DNA of 60,114 nucleotides from Eubacteriales bacterium (lineage in GTDB: Bacteria; Bacillota; Clostridia; Oscillospirales; CAG-272). This document shows positions 9,327 to 19,039 of the stretch, piece by piece. The notes beneath the pieces are model-generated. The model did no database searches and was not told the DNA's origin. It saw only the letters and a program-made list of their open reading frames with translations. Both the position numbers and the translations under genes were made by a program. Location of the stretch: the NCBI GenBank assembly GCA_045123255.1, contig JBGVIN010000106.1, positions 1-60,114 on the forward strand, in the 5' to 3' direction. How positions within the stretch are numbered: the stretch's first letter is position 1; every line of letters starts with the position of its first letter.

Positions 9327-11189
9327 ATGAAGGACGGATATATTAAGGTTAAGGCAGCTTCGCCAAAGCTCGCGGTTGGCGACGTGTCCTTTAACAAGGA
9401 AGAAATTGTAAAGGAAATCAAAAAAGCGATTAGCGAGGACGTTAAAATTCTCGTTTTACCCGAGCTTTCCTTGACGGGAAAGAGTGCAGGCGAACAGGCT
9501 TTTAGCGGCGTTATACTAAACGCCTCGGAGAAAGCGCTTGAAAACATCAAATTTGCGACACAGGGTAGCGATATTTTGATTTTTGTGGGCGCTCCGCTTC
9601 AGTACAAGGGCGCAAATTATTCCTGTGCGGTTGCAATAAAATCGGGTGAAATTTTAGGCGTAGTTCCAAAGATGGGAAAAATGCCTTATTTTAAGGATTT
9701 CATAAAAATTGGCAGCGAAAAATACCCATTCGGCACAGATTTACTCTTTAGCTGCAACGAAATGAAGGATTTAACTATCGGAGTTGTTGTTGGAGATGCA
9801 GTTACCAACCCCTCCCCCAAGGGATTTTTCCTTTGTGAAAACGGTGCAACGGTCATAGTCAATCTTTCGGGAAGCTACGAGCTTGTGTCAAGTGAGGAAA
9901 TTCGTCGCGCTTGCTTCGTTTCAAAGAGCTACGCAACGAAGAGCGCATATATTGTTGCTAATCCAAGCGAGGACGAGTCAACGACGTCAAACGTTTATGC
10001 CGCACATAATTTGATAGTGGAAAACGGAGATATTTTGGCAGAATCCAAGCCGTTTGAGAAAAAAACAGGCGACTGTGTGTCTGAAATTGACGTTTCTTAC
10101 CTTCGAAGCAAGCGCAACGCAATCGACACGCGTACAGAAGCAATAACCGATATTTCATTCTCATTCAAGCTCCAAAAAACAGCTTTAACAAGAAAAATTT
10201 CCAAAACGCCTTTTTTTCCTGAAGGCAAGGAAGAACTGAAAAAGCACTGTGAAAAGATCCTCACAATGCAGTCACGCTCCCTTGCCAAAAGGTTGACTGC
10301 ATCATATTCAAAGGGAATGGTGCTTGGCATTTCAGGCGGACTCGACTCCACTCTTGCCTTGCTTGCCTGCGTAAAATGCGCAGACTATCTTGGATGGGAA
10401 AGAGAAAAAATCACCGCTATCACAATGCCTTGCTTCGGCACAACGAAGCGCACCAAATCAAACGCAACTGAGCTTTGCCGCGCACTTGGCGTTACCTTGC
10501 GCGAAATTGATATTTTTGAAGCGACACGCATCCATTTTAGAGATATTGGCCACGACGAAAGCGACCACAGTGTAGTTTATGAAAACGCACAGGCAAGAGA
10601 ACGCACGCAAATTTTAATGGACGTGGCTAACTCCCTTGGCGCACTCGTTATCGGCACGGGAGACCTTTCCGAGGTTGCACTCGGTTGGTCAACGTACAAC
10701 GGCGACCATATATCAATGTATAACGTAAATTCCGCGCTTCCAAAGACCTTAATTCGACACGTGGTCGAGCATTTTGCAAAAAATCACGGTGGAGAGGTAA
10801 AGGAAATTCTCCTTGACATTCTTGATACTCCCGTTTCCCCCGAGCTTCTCCCTGCAAAGGAAAACGGAGAAATTGAGCAAAAGACAGAGGACATTGTCGG
10901 CCCGTACGAGCTGCACGATTTCTTCATTTATAATTTCGTTGGCAAAAAATTTGCTCCGTCAAAGATTTACCGTCTTGCTCTATACGCATTCAACGGAAAA
11001 TATGACGGCGAAGTAATCTATAAATGGCTCACGGTGTTTATAAAAAGATTTTTCACGCAACAATTCAAGCGCTCCTGCTCACCCGACGGCGTGCGTATCG
11101 GCTCGGTTTCACTTTCTAAGAATGACTTTAATATGGTGAGTGATTTCTCTTACAAGACTTTTCTTGAAGAATTAGATGAAAACAAGTAA
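9327..11189 (+). CDS. nadE: Two-domain NAD+ synthetase (glutaminase domain apparently degenerate)
   Basis: C-terminal SGGLDST, ENAQARER, TGDLSE, PVSPEL, FTQQFKRS; N-terminal nitrilase fold with PEL but no CED motif. Confidence 0.9.
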   Translation: MKDGYIKVKAASPKLAVGDVSFNKEEIVKEIKKAISEDVKILVLPELSLTGKSAGEQAFSGVILNASEKALENIKFATQGSDILIFVGAPLQYKGANYSCAVAIKSGEILGVVPKMGKMPYFKDFIKIGSEKYPFGTDLLFSCNEMKDLTIGVVVGDAVTNPSPKGFFLCENGATVIVNLSGSYELVSSEEIRRACFVSKSYATKSAYIVANPSEDESTTSNVYAAHNLIVENGDILAESKPFEKKTGDCVSEIDVSYLRSKRNAIDTRTEAITDISFSFKLQKTALTRKISKTPFFPEGKEELKKHCEKILTMQSRSLAKRLTASYSKGMVLGISGGLDSTLALLACVKCADYLGWEREKITAITMPCFGTTKRTKSNATELCRALGVTLREIDIFEATRIHFRDIGHDESDHSVVYENAQARERTQILMDVANSLGALVIGTGDLSEVALGWSTYNGDHISMYNVNSALPKTLIRHVVEHFAKNHGGEVKEILLDILDTPVSPELLPAKENGEIEQKTEDIVGPYELHDFFIYNFVGKKFAPSKIYRLALYAFNGKYDGEVIYKWLTVFIKRFFTQQFKRSCSPDGVRIGSVSLSKNDFNMVSDFSYKTFLEELDENK

Positions 11190-11203
11190 AAGCGTGGCGG
11201 GTT

Positions 11204-11284
11204 AAATGGCGAAGCCAATTTATGAAGGCAGTGCTTTCAATTCGTGTACGTAGTGCAATTTATGATGCGCAAGCATCAATTTAC
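11204..11284. repeat. Mini-hairpin array arm (linker AATTYRT), 4 hairpins
   Basis: ggc/gaa/gcc, gaaggc/agt/gctttc, gtac/gta/gtgc, gatgc/gcaa/gcatc joined by AATTTAT, AATTCGT, AATTTAT and ending AATTTAC. Confidence 0.82.
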
Positions 11285-11288
11285 TAAA

Positions 11289-11314
11289 AAAGCCGATGAA
11301 AACTCATCGGCTTT
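11289..11314. terminator. Terminator between convergent nadE and oadA
   Basis: aaagccgatga-aaac-tcatcggcttt. Confidence 0.75.
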
Positions 11315-11321
11315 AAATTTT

Positions 11322-12725
11322 TTAGTTGCCAAGGTCCTCAACGAATAATTCTCTTACTGCGTTTGGATCCTCTTTTGGCTTTGGATTGTTTCTTTCTGAA
11401 AGGAACTTAGTTGCAACCTGTGGGAAGAGTGCGTAGGAAAGCACGTCCTCGTCGCATTTTGCAAGGTCCTTTGCTTCCTCTCTGTACTTATCAAGCTCAG
11501 GTGCGATTAAGTCTGCAGGACGGCACTCGATAATTTCGTCATCACCGATTGCCTTCTTTCTAACCTCCTCGTTAACCTCGCCCGGAACACGTCCGTACTC
11601 GCCCTTCAAGAGTCCCTTTGACTCCTTAGTTACCATCTTATAGCGTTCGCCCATAAGAACGTTGAATACAGCCTGTGTACCAACAATTTGGCTTGTAGGA
11701 GTAACAAGCGGTGGGTAACCGAAGTCCTTTCTAACTCTTGGCACCTCTTCAAGAACCTCGTAATACTTATCCTCTGCCTTAGCCTGCTTAAGCTGAGAAA
11801 TGAGGTTTGAAAGCATTCCACCCGGAACCTGATAAAGAAGTGTATTTGGGTCAACGTTTAATACCTTTGGGTCAAGTGAGCCTTGCTCCTTGAGCTTTGC
11901 GGCAACGCCACGGAAGTGCGCGGCAGCCTCTGAAAGAGTGCCAAGGTCAATGCCTGTGTCGTACTCTGTGCCCTTCAAGGTAGCTACCATTGCCTCGGTT
12001 GAAGGCTGTGACGTACCGTTAGCAAGTGGGGAAAGCGCTGTATCGATAATATCAACGCCTGCCTGAATTGCCATAAGGTAGGTCATATCGCCTGTACCTG
12101 TGGTGTTGTGTGTGTGAAGGTGAATCGGAACCTTAATTTCCTTTTTGAGCGCGGAGATAAGCTCATACGCATCGTAAGGAAGCAAGAGGTTTGCCATATC
12201 CTTAACACAGATTGTGTCAGCACCGCGGTTTTCAAGCTCCTTTGCAAGCTTTACAAAATATTCAAGATTGTGAACAGGGCTTTCCGTATAGGAAATAGCC
12301 GCTTCAACGTGTCCGCCGTATTTCTTTGTAGCCTTCATTGCCGCTTCAATGTTTCTTACGTCATTGAGTGCGTCGAAGATACGAACAACGTTGATACCGT
12401 TTTCAATTGACTTCTTTACGAACGCTTCAACAACGTCGTCAGCATAGTGCTTGTAACCGAGAAGGTTTTGTCCGCGAAGAAGCATTTGAAGCCTTGTATT
12501 TGGTAATGCACGGCGAAGAGCGCGAAGTCTTTCCCACGGGTCCTCACCAAGGAATCTCATACAGGAGTCGAAGGTTGCGCCGCCCCAGCACTCGAGTGAC
12601 CAGTAGCCTGCCTCGTCAAGTGCCTTACAAGCGGGAAGCATATCCTCAATTCTCATTCTTGTAGCTGCTTGAGATTGATGTGCATCACGAAGTATAGTAT
12701 CTGTAATTAAAACTTTTTTAGCCAT
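11322..12725 (-). CDS. oadA: Oxaloacetate decarboxylase alpha (carboxyltransferase) subunit, no fused biotinyl domain
   Basis: DTILRDAHQS, ECWGGATFD, CVKDMA, HLHTH, QVPGGMLSNL, LVTPTSQIVG; start re-called at MAKK. Confidence 0.88.
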   Translation of the reverse strand: MAKKVLITDTILRDAHQSQAATRMRIEDMLPACKALDEAGYWSLECWGGATFDSCMRFLGEDPWERLRALRRALPNTRLQMLLRGQNLLGYKHYADDVVEAFVKKSIENGINVVRIFDALNDVRNIEAAMKATKKYGGHVEAAISYTESPVHNLEYFVKLAKELENRGADTICVKDMANLLLPYDAYELISALKKEIKVPIHLHTHNTTGTGDMTYLMAIQAGVDIIDTALSPLANGTSQPSTEAMVATLKGTEYDTGIDLGTLSEAAAHFRGVAAKLKEQGSLDPKVLNVDPNTLLYQVPGGMLSNLISQLKQAKAEDKYYEVLEEVPRVRKDFGYPPLVTPTSQIVGTQAVFNVLMGERYKMVTKESKGLLKGEYGRVPGEVNEEVRKKAIGDDEIIECRPADLIAPELDKYREEAKDLAKCDEDVLSYALFPQVATKFLSERNNPKPKEDPNAVRELFVEDLGN

Positions 12726-12819
12726 TTTAATACCTTTCATCTATCTAAGGGTTGACAGATTAAGAGCAAAAACCGTCGATTTTTAAGCCGAGGTATACCT
12801 TAATATGTCGCCCTTTGTT

Positions 12820-14052
12820 TTAACCTACGAGTGAAATAAGCACGCCAGCCGCTATCGCAGAGCCGATAACGCCCGCAACGTTTGGACCCATCGCGTGCAT
12901 AAGAAGGAAGTTTCCTGGGTCTGCCTCTTGACCAACCTTTTGTGAAACACGCGCCGCCATAGGAACGGCAGAAACACCTGCTGAGCCGATAAGCGGATTG
13001 ATCTTTTTGCCCTTTGGCAAGAAGAGGTTCATAAACTTAGCGATAAGCACGCCACTTGCGGTTGCAACACCGAATGCAACGATACCCATTGCGATAATGA
13101 TAATAGTCTTCCATTTGAGGAACGTTGCAGCGGTTGCAGTTGCACCAACTGAAATTCCAAGGAAAATTGTAACTATGTTCATAAGCTCGTTTTGAACTGT
13201 CTTTGAAAGACGCTCTGTTACGCCGCATTCACGAAGGAGGTTGCCGAGCATAAGTGAGCCGATAAGGGCAACTGCATCGGGAACTAAGAGTGCAACGAAT
13301 ATAATAATTACGATAGGGAATATGATTTTCGCCTTCTTAGAAACAGGACGGAGTGAGTCCATTCTAATTTGGCGTTCCTTCTTCGTTGTAAGAAGCTTCA
13401 TGATAGGTGGTTGAATAACGGGAACGAGCGCCATATATGAGTACGCCGCTACCGCGATAGGACCGAGAAGCTGTGGAGCAAGCTTTGACGTAACGAAAAT
13501 AGCCGTTGGGCCATCCGCACCGCCGATAATACCAATTGACGCCGCTTCCTCCATAATGAACTTAATTGGCTCCCAATCAAGCTTATATCCGAGTGCGCCA
13601 ATACCCATAACGCCTGCAAACGTAGCAAAAATACCAACCTGTGCAGCTGCGCCAAGGAGCAAGCTCTTTGGATTTGCAAGGAGCGGACCGAAGTCTGTCA
13701 TTGCGCCAACGCCGATAAAGATAAGACACGGATAAATACCAAGCTTAACACCGAGATAAAGAATATCGATAAGTCCCGGGGCAAAGCCGTCTGTCATAAA
13801 CATTTCCCAATGGATGTGTCCACCCTCAAAAAGAGCCTCGTGGAACACGCCTGCGCCCGGTAGGTTTGTTAAAAGCATACCTATGGCGATAGGCAAAAGA
13901 AGTAGTGGCTCGAACTTTTTAACAATGGCAAGATAGCAAAGCACACAAGCGATAATAACCATTATTATCCACTTCCAGTTGCCGTCAACTATTGATTGAC
14001 CGACACCTGTGCTTTTTAAGAAGTCGAGACACGCATTAAGTACGTTTCCCAT
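12820..14052 (-). CDS. oadB: Na+-transporting decarboxylase beta subunit
   Basis: [49 protein letters not shown]. Confidence 0.95.
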   Translation of the reverse strand: MGNVLNACLDFLKSTGVGQSIVDGNWKWIIMVIIACVLCYLAIVKKFEPLLLLPIAIGMLLTNLPGAGVFHEALFEGGHIHWEMFMTDGFAPGLIDILYLGVKLGIYPCLIFIGVGAMTDFGPLLANPKSLLLGAAAQVGIFATFAGVMGIGALGYKLDWEPIKFIMEEAASIGIIGGADGPTAIFVTSKLAPQLLGPIAVAAYSYMALVPVIQPPIMKLLTTKKERQIRMDSLRPVSKKAKIIFPIVIIIFVALLVPDAVALIGSLMLGNLLRECGVTERLSKTVQNELMNIVTIFLGISVGATATAATFLKWKTIIIIAMGIVAFGVATASGVLIAKFMNLFLPKGKKINPLIGSAGVSAVPMAARVSQKVGQEADPGNFLLMHAMGPNVAGVIGSAIAAGVLISLVG

Positions 14053-14071
14053 CAGAGTCTATGCCTCCGAA

Positions 14072-14428
14072 TTAGTTAAGAGTGCAAAGAACTGTGCCGC
14101 TTTCAACAGTTTGACCTGCTGAAACGTTAACGGATGCAACTGTGCCGTCACCCGCAGCCAAGATTTCGTTTTCCATCTTCATTGCTTCAAGAATCATGAG
14201 AACGTTGCCCTTCTTAACAGCTTGACCGTTTGAAACGTTAACCTTTAAGATTGTACCTGGCATTGGAGCTGATACAGTTTGTGCGCCTGCTGATGCTGGT
14301 GCTGCAGGTGCTACAGGTGCTGCTGCCGGTGCTGGAGCTGCTGCAGGAGCCTTGATATCTGCCTTGTCGATTACTTCAATTGTAATTTCGTATACGTTTC
14401 CGTTAACATTAACCTTATATGCTTTCAT
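14072..14428 (-). CDS. Biotin carboxyl carrier subunit
   Basis: Ala/Pro linker, APMPG, EAMKM biotinylation motif. Confidence 0.95.
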   Translation of the reverse strand: MKAYKVNVNGNVYEITIEVIDKADIKAPAAAPAPAAAPVAPAAPASAGAQTVSAPMPGTILKVNVSNGQAVKKGNVLMILEAMKMENEILAAGDGTVASVNVSAGQTVESGTVLCTLN

Positions 14429-14449
14429 TTTTATTTATTCCTTTCAAAA

Positions 14450-14779
14450 TTAACTAACTTTCTTAAATGAGATAACTCGGATAGCGGAAATGTCCGTACC
14501 CTCTTCTTCAGCGATTGCCGCACATACAGCAGCAACAATCTCGCCACGGTTTTCAACCGCTACAGGTGCTGCCACAGGCGCAGGTGCGCTAACTTGTGCA
14601 TTACCTTGCTCTTTCTTCTTTGCGCCACCGTCAAGCAGCTTGTTGCAAATAAAGGTCATAAGCTCAACAAGACCGATTATGCAAGCAAGACCAACAAAAA
14701 CAACCGCTACACCTATCAAGCATACGATTGCCCAGTGAATTTCGCCCTCTGCCGCAAACATTAACATTGAATTGCCCAT
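14450..14779 (-). CDS. oadG: OadG-family (gamma/delta) membrane subunit
   Basis: Single TM helix, Ala/Pro linker, EIVAAVCAAIA C-terminal motif; first gene of the decarboxylase operon. Confidence 0.8.
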   Translation of the reverse strand: MGNSMLMFAAEGEIHWAIVCLIGVAVVFVGLACIIGLVELMTFICNKLLDGGAKKKEQGNAQVSAPAPVAAPVAVENRGEIVAAVCAAIAEEEGTDISAIRVISFKKVS

Positions 14780-15192
14780 TTTTTCACTCCTTTTTGCTCT
14801 TTTGAGTAAGAATATTTTTGCAAAAAAGCTCCAATCTGCAAATCATTTTTTGCATAATCTTGCGTGTTTTTCACACCGCATTTTGAAAGCTCTTTTCCAA
14901 AAACCCCATTCTAACCCATTTTACACTATTGTATCACACATTTTCCGAAAAGTAAAGACTATTATTATATAATAATGTAAAAAATTTGCAAATATCAAGT
15001 AAATTTGATTTTTTATGTGCGAGTTGATTTTTTCTTTTTTCGGTGTTATAATTTATGTAGGTGATGAAAATGAGCAACAATCTTCCCAAAAGGAAAAATA
15101 ATAGACTTAGCCAATTCCATTATAGTAGCGGCTATTCATATTTTATAACCGTATGCACGAAGGATAGAGCGCGTATATTATCGGAAATAACC

Positions 15193-15219
15193 GTAGGGAC
15201 AGGCGTCCTCGACTGTCCG
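15193..15219 (+). repeat. GTAG-type REP inside the RAYT ORF (left)
   Basis: GTAG-ggacag-gcgtcctcga-ctgtcc-g; encodes VGTGVLDCP. Confidence 0.85.
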
Positions 15220-15359
15220 CTGATAAAATTAACGTATTTTGGAGAAATTGTAGATAAATATATAAATCAATTGAATGATTTTTATAAGCACATCTCGGTT
15301 GACCAATATGTAATAATGCCAAATCATATTCATATGTTAATAACTGTACGTGCCGAAAA

Positions 15360-15386
15360 CGGACAGTCGGGGACGCCTGTCCCTAC
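15360..15386 (-). repeat. GTAG-type REP inside the RAYT ORF (right, inverted)
   Basis: cggacagtcggggacgcctgtccctac is the reverse complement of 15193-15219 at 26/27; encodes GQSGTPVPT. Confidence 0.85.
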
Positions 15387-15584
15387 AAGTAAAAACTCCG
15401 TTGTTTCCTCGTTTGTTTCAACGCTTAAACGGTTTTCCAACAAAGAATGCGGCTTCAACCCTTGGCAACGCTCGTTTTACGACCACGTTATAAGAAATCG
15501 GCAGGACTATGACGAAACAAGAAAATATATTTACGAAAACCCACAAAATTGGGATAAGGACGAGCTTTTTTCAATCGACAACTA

Positions 15585-15613
15585 AAAATGCACGGCGAAA
15601 CGCCGTGCATTTT
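15585..15613. terminator. Bidirectional terminator between RAYT and alaS
   Basis: aaaatgcacggcg-aaa-cgccgtgcatttt. Confidence 0.85.
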
Positions 15614-15630
15614 GTTTTTGTTAAATTCTT

Positions 15631-18249
15631 TTATTTATTTAAGAGTGCTTCAACAAGTGCGAGTGCATCTGAGATTTTGGAAATTTCCTTACCGCCGCTC
15701 ATTGCGCTATCGGGACGTCCGCCGCCCTTGCCGCCTGTCACTGCACTAACCTCACGAAGGATGTTTCCTGCGTGTGCGCCGTTTTTAACTGCGCCCTTAC
15801 CGCAAACCGCGATAAAGTTGAGCTTTTCGCCAGAGTGAAGTGCAAATACTGCAACGGCATTTTCGTCCTTGTCCTTAATTACGTCACCGAGTGAACGAAC
15901 CGCATCAGCACCCATATCACCAAGGTCACAGGTGATAACGCTAAACGAGCCAACTTGCTTTGCGCCTGCGATCAGGTCATTTACACGAGAGGACGCCATT
16001 TTGGAGTTAAGAGAGTCAATCTCGCGCTTGAGAGATTTGATTTCCTCGTTAACCGCGCACGCGCGCTTTGCAATATCGTTTACGTTTTGGCATTTAAGCT
16101 CGCTTGATGCCTTTTCAAGGAGATTTTCCTTGTTTTCAAGGAGTGAAAGCACGCCGTAGCCTGTTGTCGCTTCAATTCTGCGTACGCCTGCCGCAACGCC
16201 AATCTCGGAGATAATCTTAAACATACCTGCCTTAGCGGTATTATCAAGGTGAGTACCGCCGCAAAGCTCAGTTGAATAGTCACCCATTTTAACCATACGT
16301 ACAACCTTGCCGTACTTCTCACCGAAGAGAGCCATCGCGCCGTTTTTACGTGCGGTTTCAATATCTGTTTCAAGCGTTTCAACTACCGTACCCGAAAGGA
16401 TTGCTTCGTTTACAAGTGCTTCAACCGCTTTAATTTCGTCCTTTGTGAGCGCTTGGAAGTGTGTAAAGTCAAATCTGCCGATTTTCTCGTCAACGTATGA
16501 GCCTGCTTGCTCTACGTGAGTACCGAGAACCTTACGAAGTGCTGCTTGGAGAAGGTGAACTGACGAGTGGTTTCTTGCAATTGAAGCGCGTCTGTTTCCG
16601 TCAACCTGACAGTTAAGCGTGTCGCCAACCTTTACCGCGCCGCTTGCAATTTTACACATATGAATATATACGCCGTCTGCTTTTTTGGTATCAACGACGT
16701 CGATTTCAACGCTCTCGTTTGAAAGTGCGCCTGTATCGCCAACCTGACCGCCGCCCTCGCCGTAGAATGAGGTTGCATCAAGAACTATCGAGCATTCACC
16801 CTCGCAAGCTTCCTGTACGCTTTCGCCGTTTTCGTCAATAATTGCGATAACCTTGCCGCTTGCGTTAAGTGTGGTGTAGCCCTCAAATACGGTCTTTGGA
16901 AGCTTCAAGGATTTTTCCTTATCCTGCCAGCCGCTGATGTTTGCACGCGCACTTCTCGCTCTTTGCTTTTGCTCCTGCATAAGCTGAGTGAACTTGTCCA
17001 TATCCGTGTCAAGTCCGTTTTCCTCGGCAATTTCGCGCGTTAAGTCGATTGGGAAGCCGAAGGTATCGTAAAGCTTGAATGCATCTGCGCCGTCAAGTGT
17101 GGTTTTGCCGCTTTCCTTTGCTTCCTTAATAAGATTTTCAAGAATTGAAAGTCCTTGGTCGATGGTTGCGTCAAAGCGCTCCTCCTCGAGTGCAAGTACT
17201 TTTTTAATATAGTCTGCCTTTTCTTCAAGCTCGCGGTAGCCGTCCTTGCTTTCGCCTATTGCAACCTCGCACATTTCAACAAGGAACGGGCGCTCAATGC
17301 CAAGGAGCTTACCGTGGCGGCAAGCGCGACGAATGATACGGCGCAAAACGTATCCGCGACCCTCGTTTGAAGGGATAACGCCGTCGGAAATCATAAACAT
17401 TGCGCTTCTTGTGTGGTCGGTGATAACGCGGATAGAAATATCGTTTGATGCATCCGCACCGTAGGTTTTGCCCGAAATTTCGCACACGGTGTCAAGAATT
17501 TTTCTTACCGAGTCAACCTCGAACATATTGTCAACGTCCTGCATAACGCAAGCAAGACGTTCAAGACCCATACCTGTATCGATATGTTTTTGTGCAAGCT
17601 CGGTATAGTTACCGTTGCCGTCGTTATTGAACTGCGAGAATACGTTGTTCCAAATTTCCATGTATCTGTCACAGTCACATCCCGGCTTACAGTCGTCTGA
17701 GCCGCAGCCGTACTTAATTCCGCGGTCAAAGTAAATTTCGGAGCAAGGGCCGCAAGGACCTGAGCCATGCTCCCAGAAGTTGTCTGCCTTACCAAGACGA
17801 ACAACGTGGGCAGGGTTAACGCCAATCTTGTTTACCCAAATATCGTACGCTTCCTCGTCGTTTTCGTAAATCGACGGCCAAAGAAGCTCACCTGGGATTT
17901 CAAGCGTAACGGTTAAAAACTCCCAAGCAAACTGAATTGCCTCCTCCTTGAAGTAGTCACCGAAGCTGAAGTTACCAAGCATTTCAAAGAAGGTGCCGTG
18001 GCGTGCGGTGTGGCCAACTCTTTCAAGGTCAGGTGTTCTTATACACTTTTGGCAGGTTGTAACTCTCTTTGACGGAGGCACAACCTCACCTGTAAAGAAC
18101 TTTTTCATCGGAGCCATGCCCGAGTTTATAAGAAGAAGGGATTTATCGTTATTCGGCACAAGCGAAAAGCTGCCTAAGCGAAGGTGTCCCTTGCTTTCAA
18201 AATAGGAAAGATATTTTTCTCTTAAATCGTTAAGCGATGTCCATTTCAT
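15631..18249 (-). CDS. alaS: Alanine--tRNA ligase
   Basis: TCQKCIR, HGTFFEMLGNFSFGDYFK, IDTGMGLER, NHSSVHLL, ELCGGTH, GGKGGG; start re-called at MKWTS. Confidence 0.98.
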   Translation of the reverse strand: MKWTSLNDLREKYLSYFESKGHLRLGSFSLVPNNDKSLLLINSGMAPMKKFFTGEVVPPSKRVTTCQKCIRTPDLERVGHTARHGTFFEMLGNFSFGDYFKEEAIQFAWEFLTVTLEIPGELLWPSIYENDEEAYDIWVNKIGVNPAHVVRLGKADNFWEHGSGPCGPCSEIYFDRGIKYGCGSDDCKPGCDCDRYMEIWNNVFSQFNNDGNGNYTELAQKHIDTGMGLERLACVMQDVDNMFEVDSVRKILDTVCEISGKTYGADASNDISIRVITDHTRSAMFMISDGVIPSNEGRGYVLRRIIRRACRHGKLLGIERPFLVEMCEVAIGESKDGYRELEEKADYIKKVLALEEERFDATIDQGLSILENLIKEAKESGKTTLDGADAFKLYDTFGFPIDLTREIAEENGLDTDMDKFTQLMQEQKQRARSARANISGWQDKEKSLKLPKTVFEGYTTLNASGKVIAIIDENGESVQEACEGECSIVLDATSFYGEGGGQVGDTGALSNESVEIDVVDTKKADGVYIHMCKIASGAVKVGDTLNCQVDGNRRASIARNHSSVHLLQAALRKVLGTHVEQAGSYVDEKIGRFDFTHFQALTKDEIKAVEALVNEAILSGTVVETLETDIETARKNGAMALFGEKYGKVVRMVKMGDYSTELCGGTHLDNTAKAGMFKIISEIGVAAGVRRIEATTGYGVLSLLENKENLLEKASSELKCQNVNDIAKRACAVNEEIKSLKREIDSLNSKMASSRVNDLIAGAKQVGSFSVITCDLGDMGADAVRSLGDVIKDKDENAVAVFALHSGEKLNFIAVCGKGAVKNGAHAGNILREVSAVTGGKGGGRPDSAMSGGKEISKISDALALVEALLNK

Positions 18250-18295
18250 ATCAAAAATCCTCACAATTTATAGTTAATATATTAAAAACACATAC

Positions 18296-18367
18296 ATTTT
18301 AGCATTATTATATAATTTTGTCAAGAATTATTTATAACTTGACAAAGATAACACTTACGAGTATAAT
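18296..18367. promoter_or_regulatory. Back-to-back sigma-A promoters for alaS (-) and mnmM (+)
   Basis: Minus strand TTGACA(18324-19)-17-TAAAAT(18301-296); plus strand TTGACA(18339-44)-17-TATAAT(18362-67). Confidence 0.75.
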
Positions 18368-18423
18368 TTTTGTAGGGGATAATCTTCTCCAAAAAACGCG
18401 TGCCGACAAAAAGGAGATAAGAA

Positions 18424-18978
18424 ATGACGGATTTACTCACGCTTCAAAAAAGCTTTATACTTGCACACTTAAAAAGTGGTGACAAATGTGCCGATTTTAC
18501 AATGGGTAACGGACACGACACCGCGTTTTTATCAAAGACCGTGGGTGAAGACGGACACGTTTGGGCTTTTGATATTCAGCCGAGCGCGCTTGAAAGCACA
18601 AAAAAGACACTTGAGGTGGAGGGTTGCCCACAGAACTACACCTTAATTAACGACTCGCACCACAACGCAAAAAATTATATTGATGGAAAAATTAAGGCGG
18701 GTATGTTCAATCTTGGGTATTTACCTGGTAGCGGAAACAAATCGCTCACCACAAAGCGCGAAACGACGTTGCCTGCTGTTCAAGGTGCAATTGAAATGCT
18801 TGACTCTGACGGAATTTTGCTAATCGCCGTTTACCCCGGGCACGAGGAGGGCTACCTTGAGGGACTTATGCTTGAGGAATACTTTAAGACGGTTAGCCGC
18901 TTTGAAATGTCAATATCAAGATTTCAAATTATAAACTCACCAACCTCACCGTATTTCTTTATCGTTGAGAAAAAATAG
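18424..18978 (+). CDS. mnmM: Class I SAM methyltransferase, YtqB/MnmM family
   Basis: DFTMGNGHDT, AFDIQ, DSH, MFNLGYLPG, AVYPGHEEG..E match the YtqB-type family; adjacent to mnmE. Confidence 0.7.
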   Translation: MTDLLTLQKSFILAHLKSGDKCADFTMGNGHDTAFLSKTVGEDGHVWAFDIQPSALESTKKTLEVEGCPQNYTLINDSHHNAKNYIDGKIKAGMFNLGYLPGSGNKSLTTKRETTLPAVQGAIEMLDSDGILLIAVYPGHEEGYLEGLMLEEYFKTVSRFEMSISRFQIINSPTSPYFFIVEKK

Positions 18979-19039
18979 TAAAATTCAGACACTCCTTGGC
19001 ACGTTTTCAGTTTTTTTGCCAAGCTAAAGGGAGAAATTT

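Larger units (their letters stand above)
15070..15585 (+). mobile_element. REP-associated tyrosine transposase (RAYT/TnpA-REP, Y1 HUH family)
   Basis: RKNNRL..F.Y...YFITVCT, HUH motif MPNHIH, WQRSFYDHVIR, catalytic YIxxNP; start could also be 15061 or 15064. Confidence 0.88.

Noticed and set aside
15070-15585. IS200/IS605 element with TnpB
   Set aside because: No tnpB and no IS200-type subterminal hairpins; the motifs fit the RAYT clade.
18373-18391. GTAGGGG start upstream of mnmM as another REP copy
   Set aside because: No similarity to the RAYT-internal REP beyond GTAGGG and no convincing stem.
18250-18423. T-box leader for alaS
   Set aside because: The promoter lies only about 45 nt from the start codon; no room and no T-box motif.
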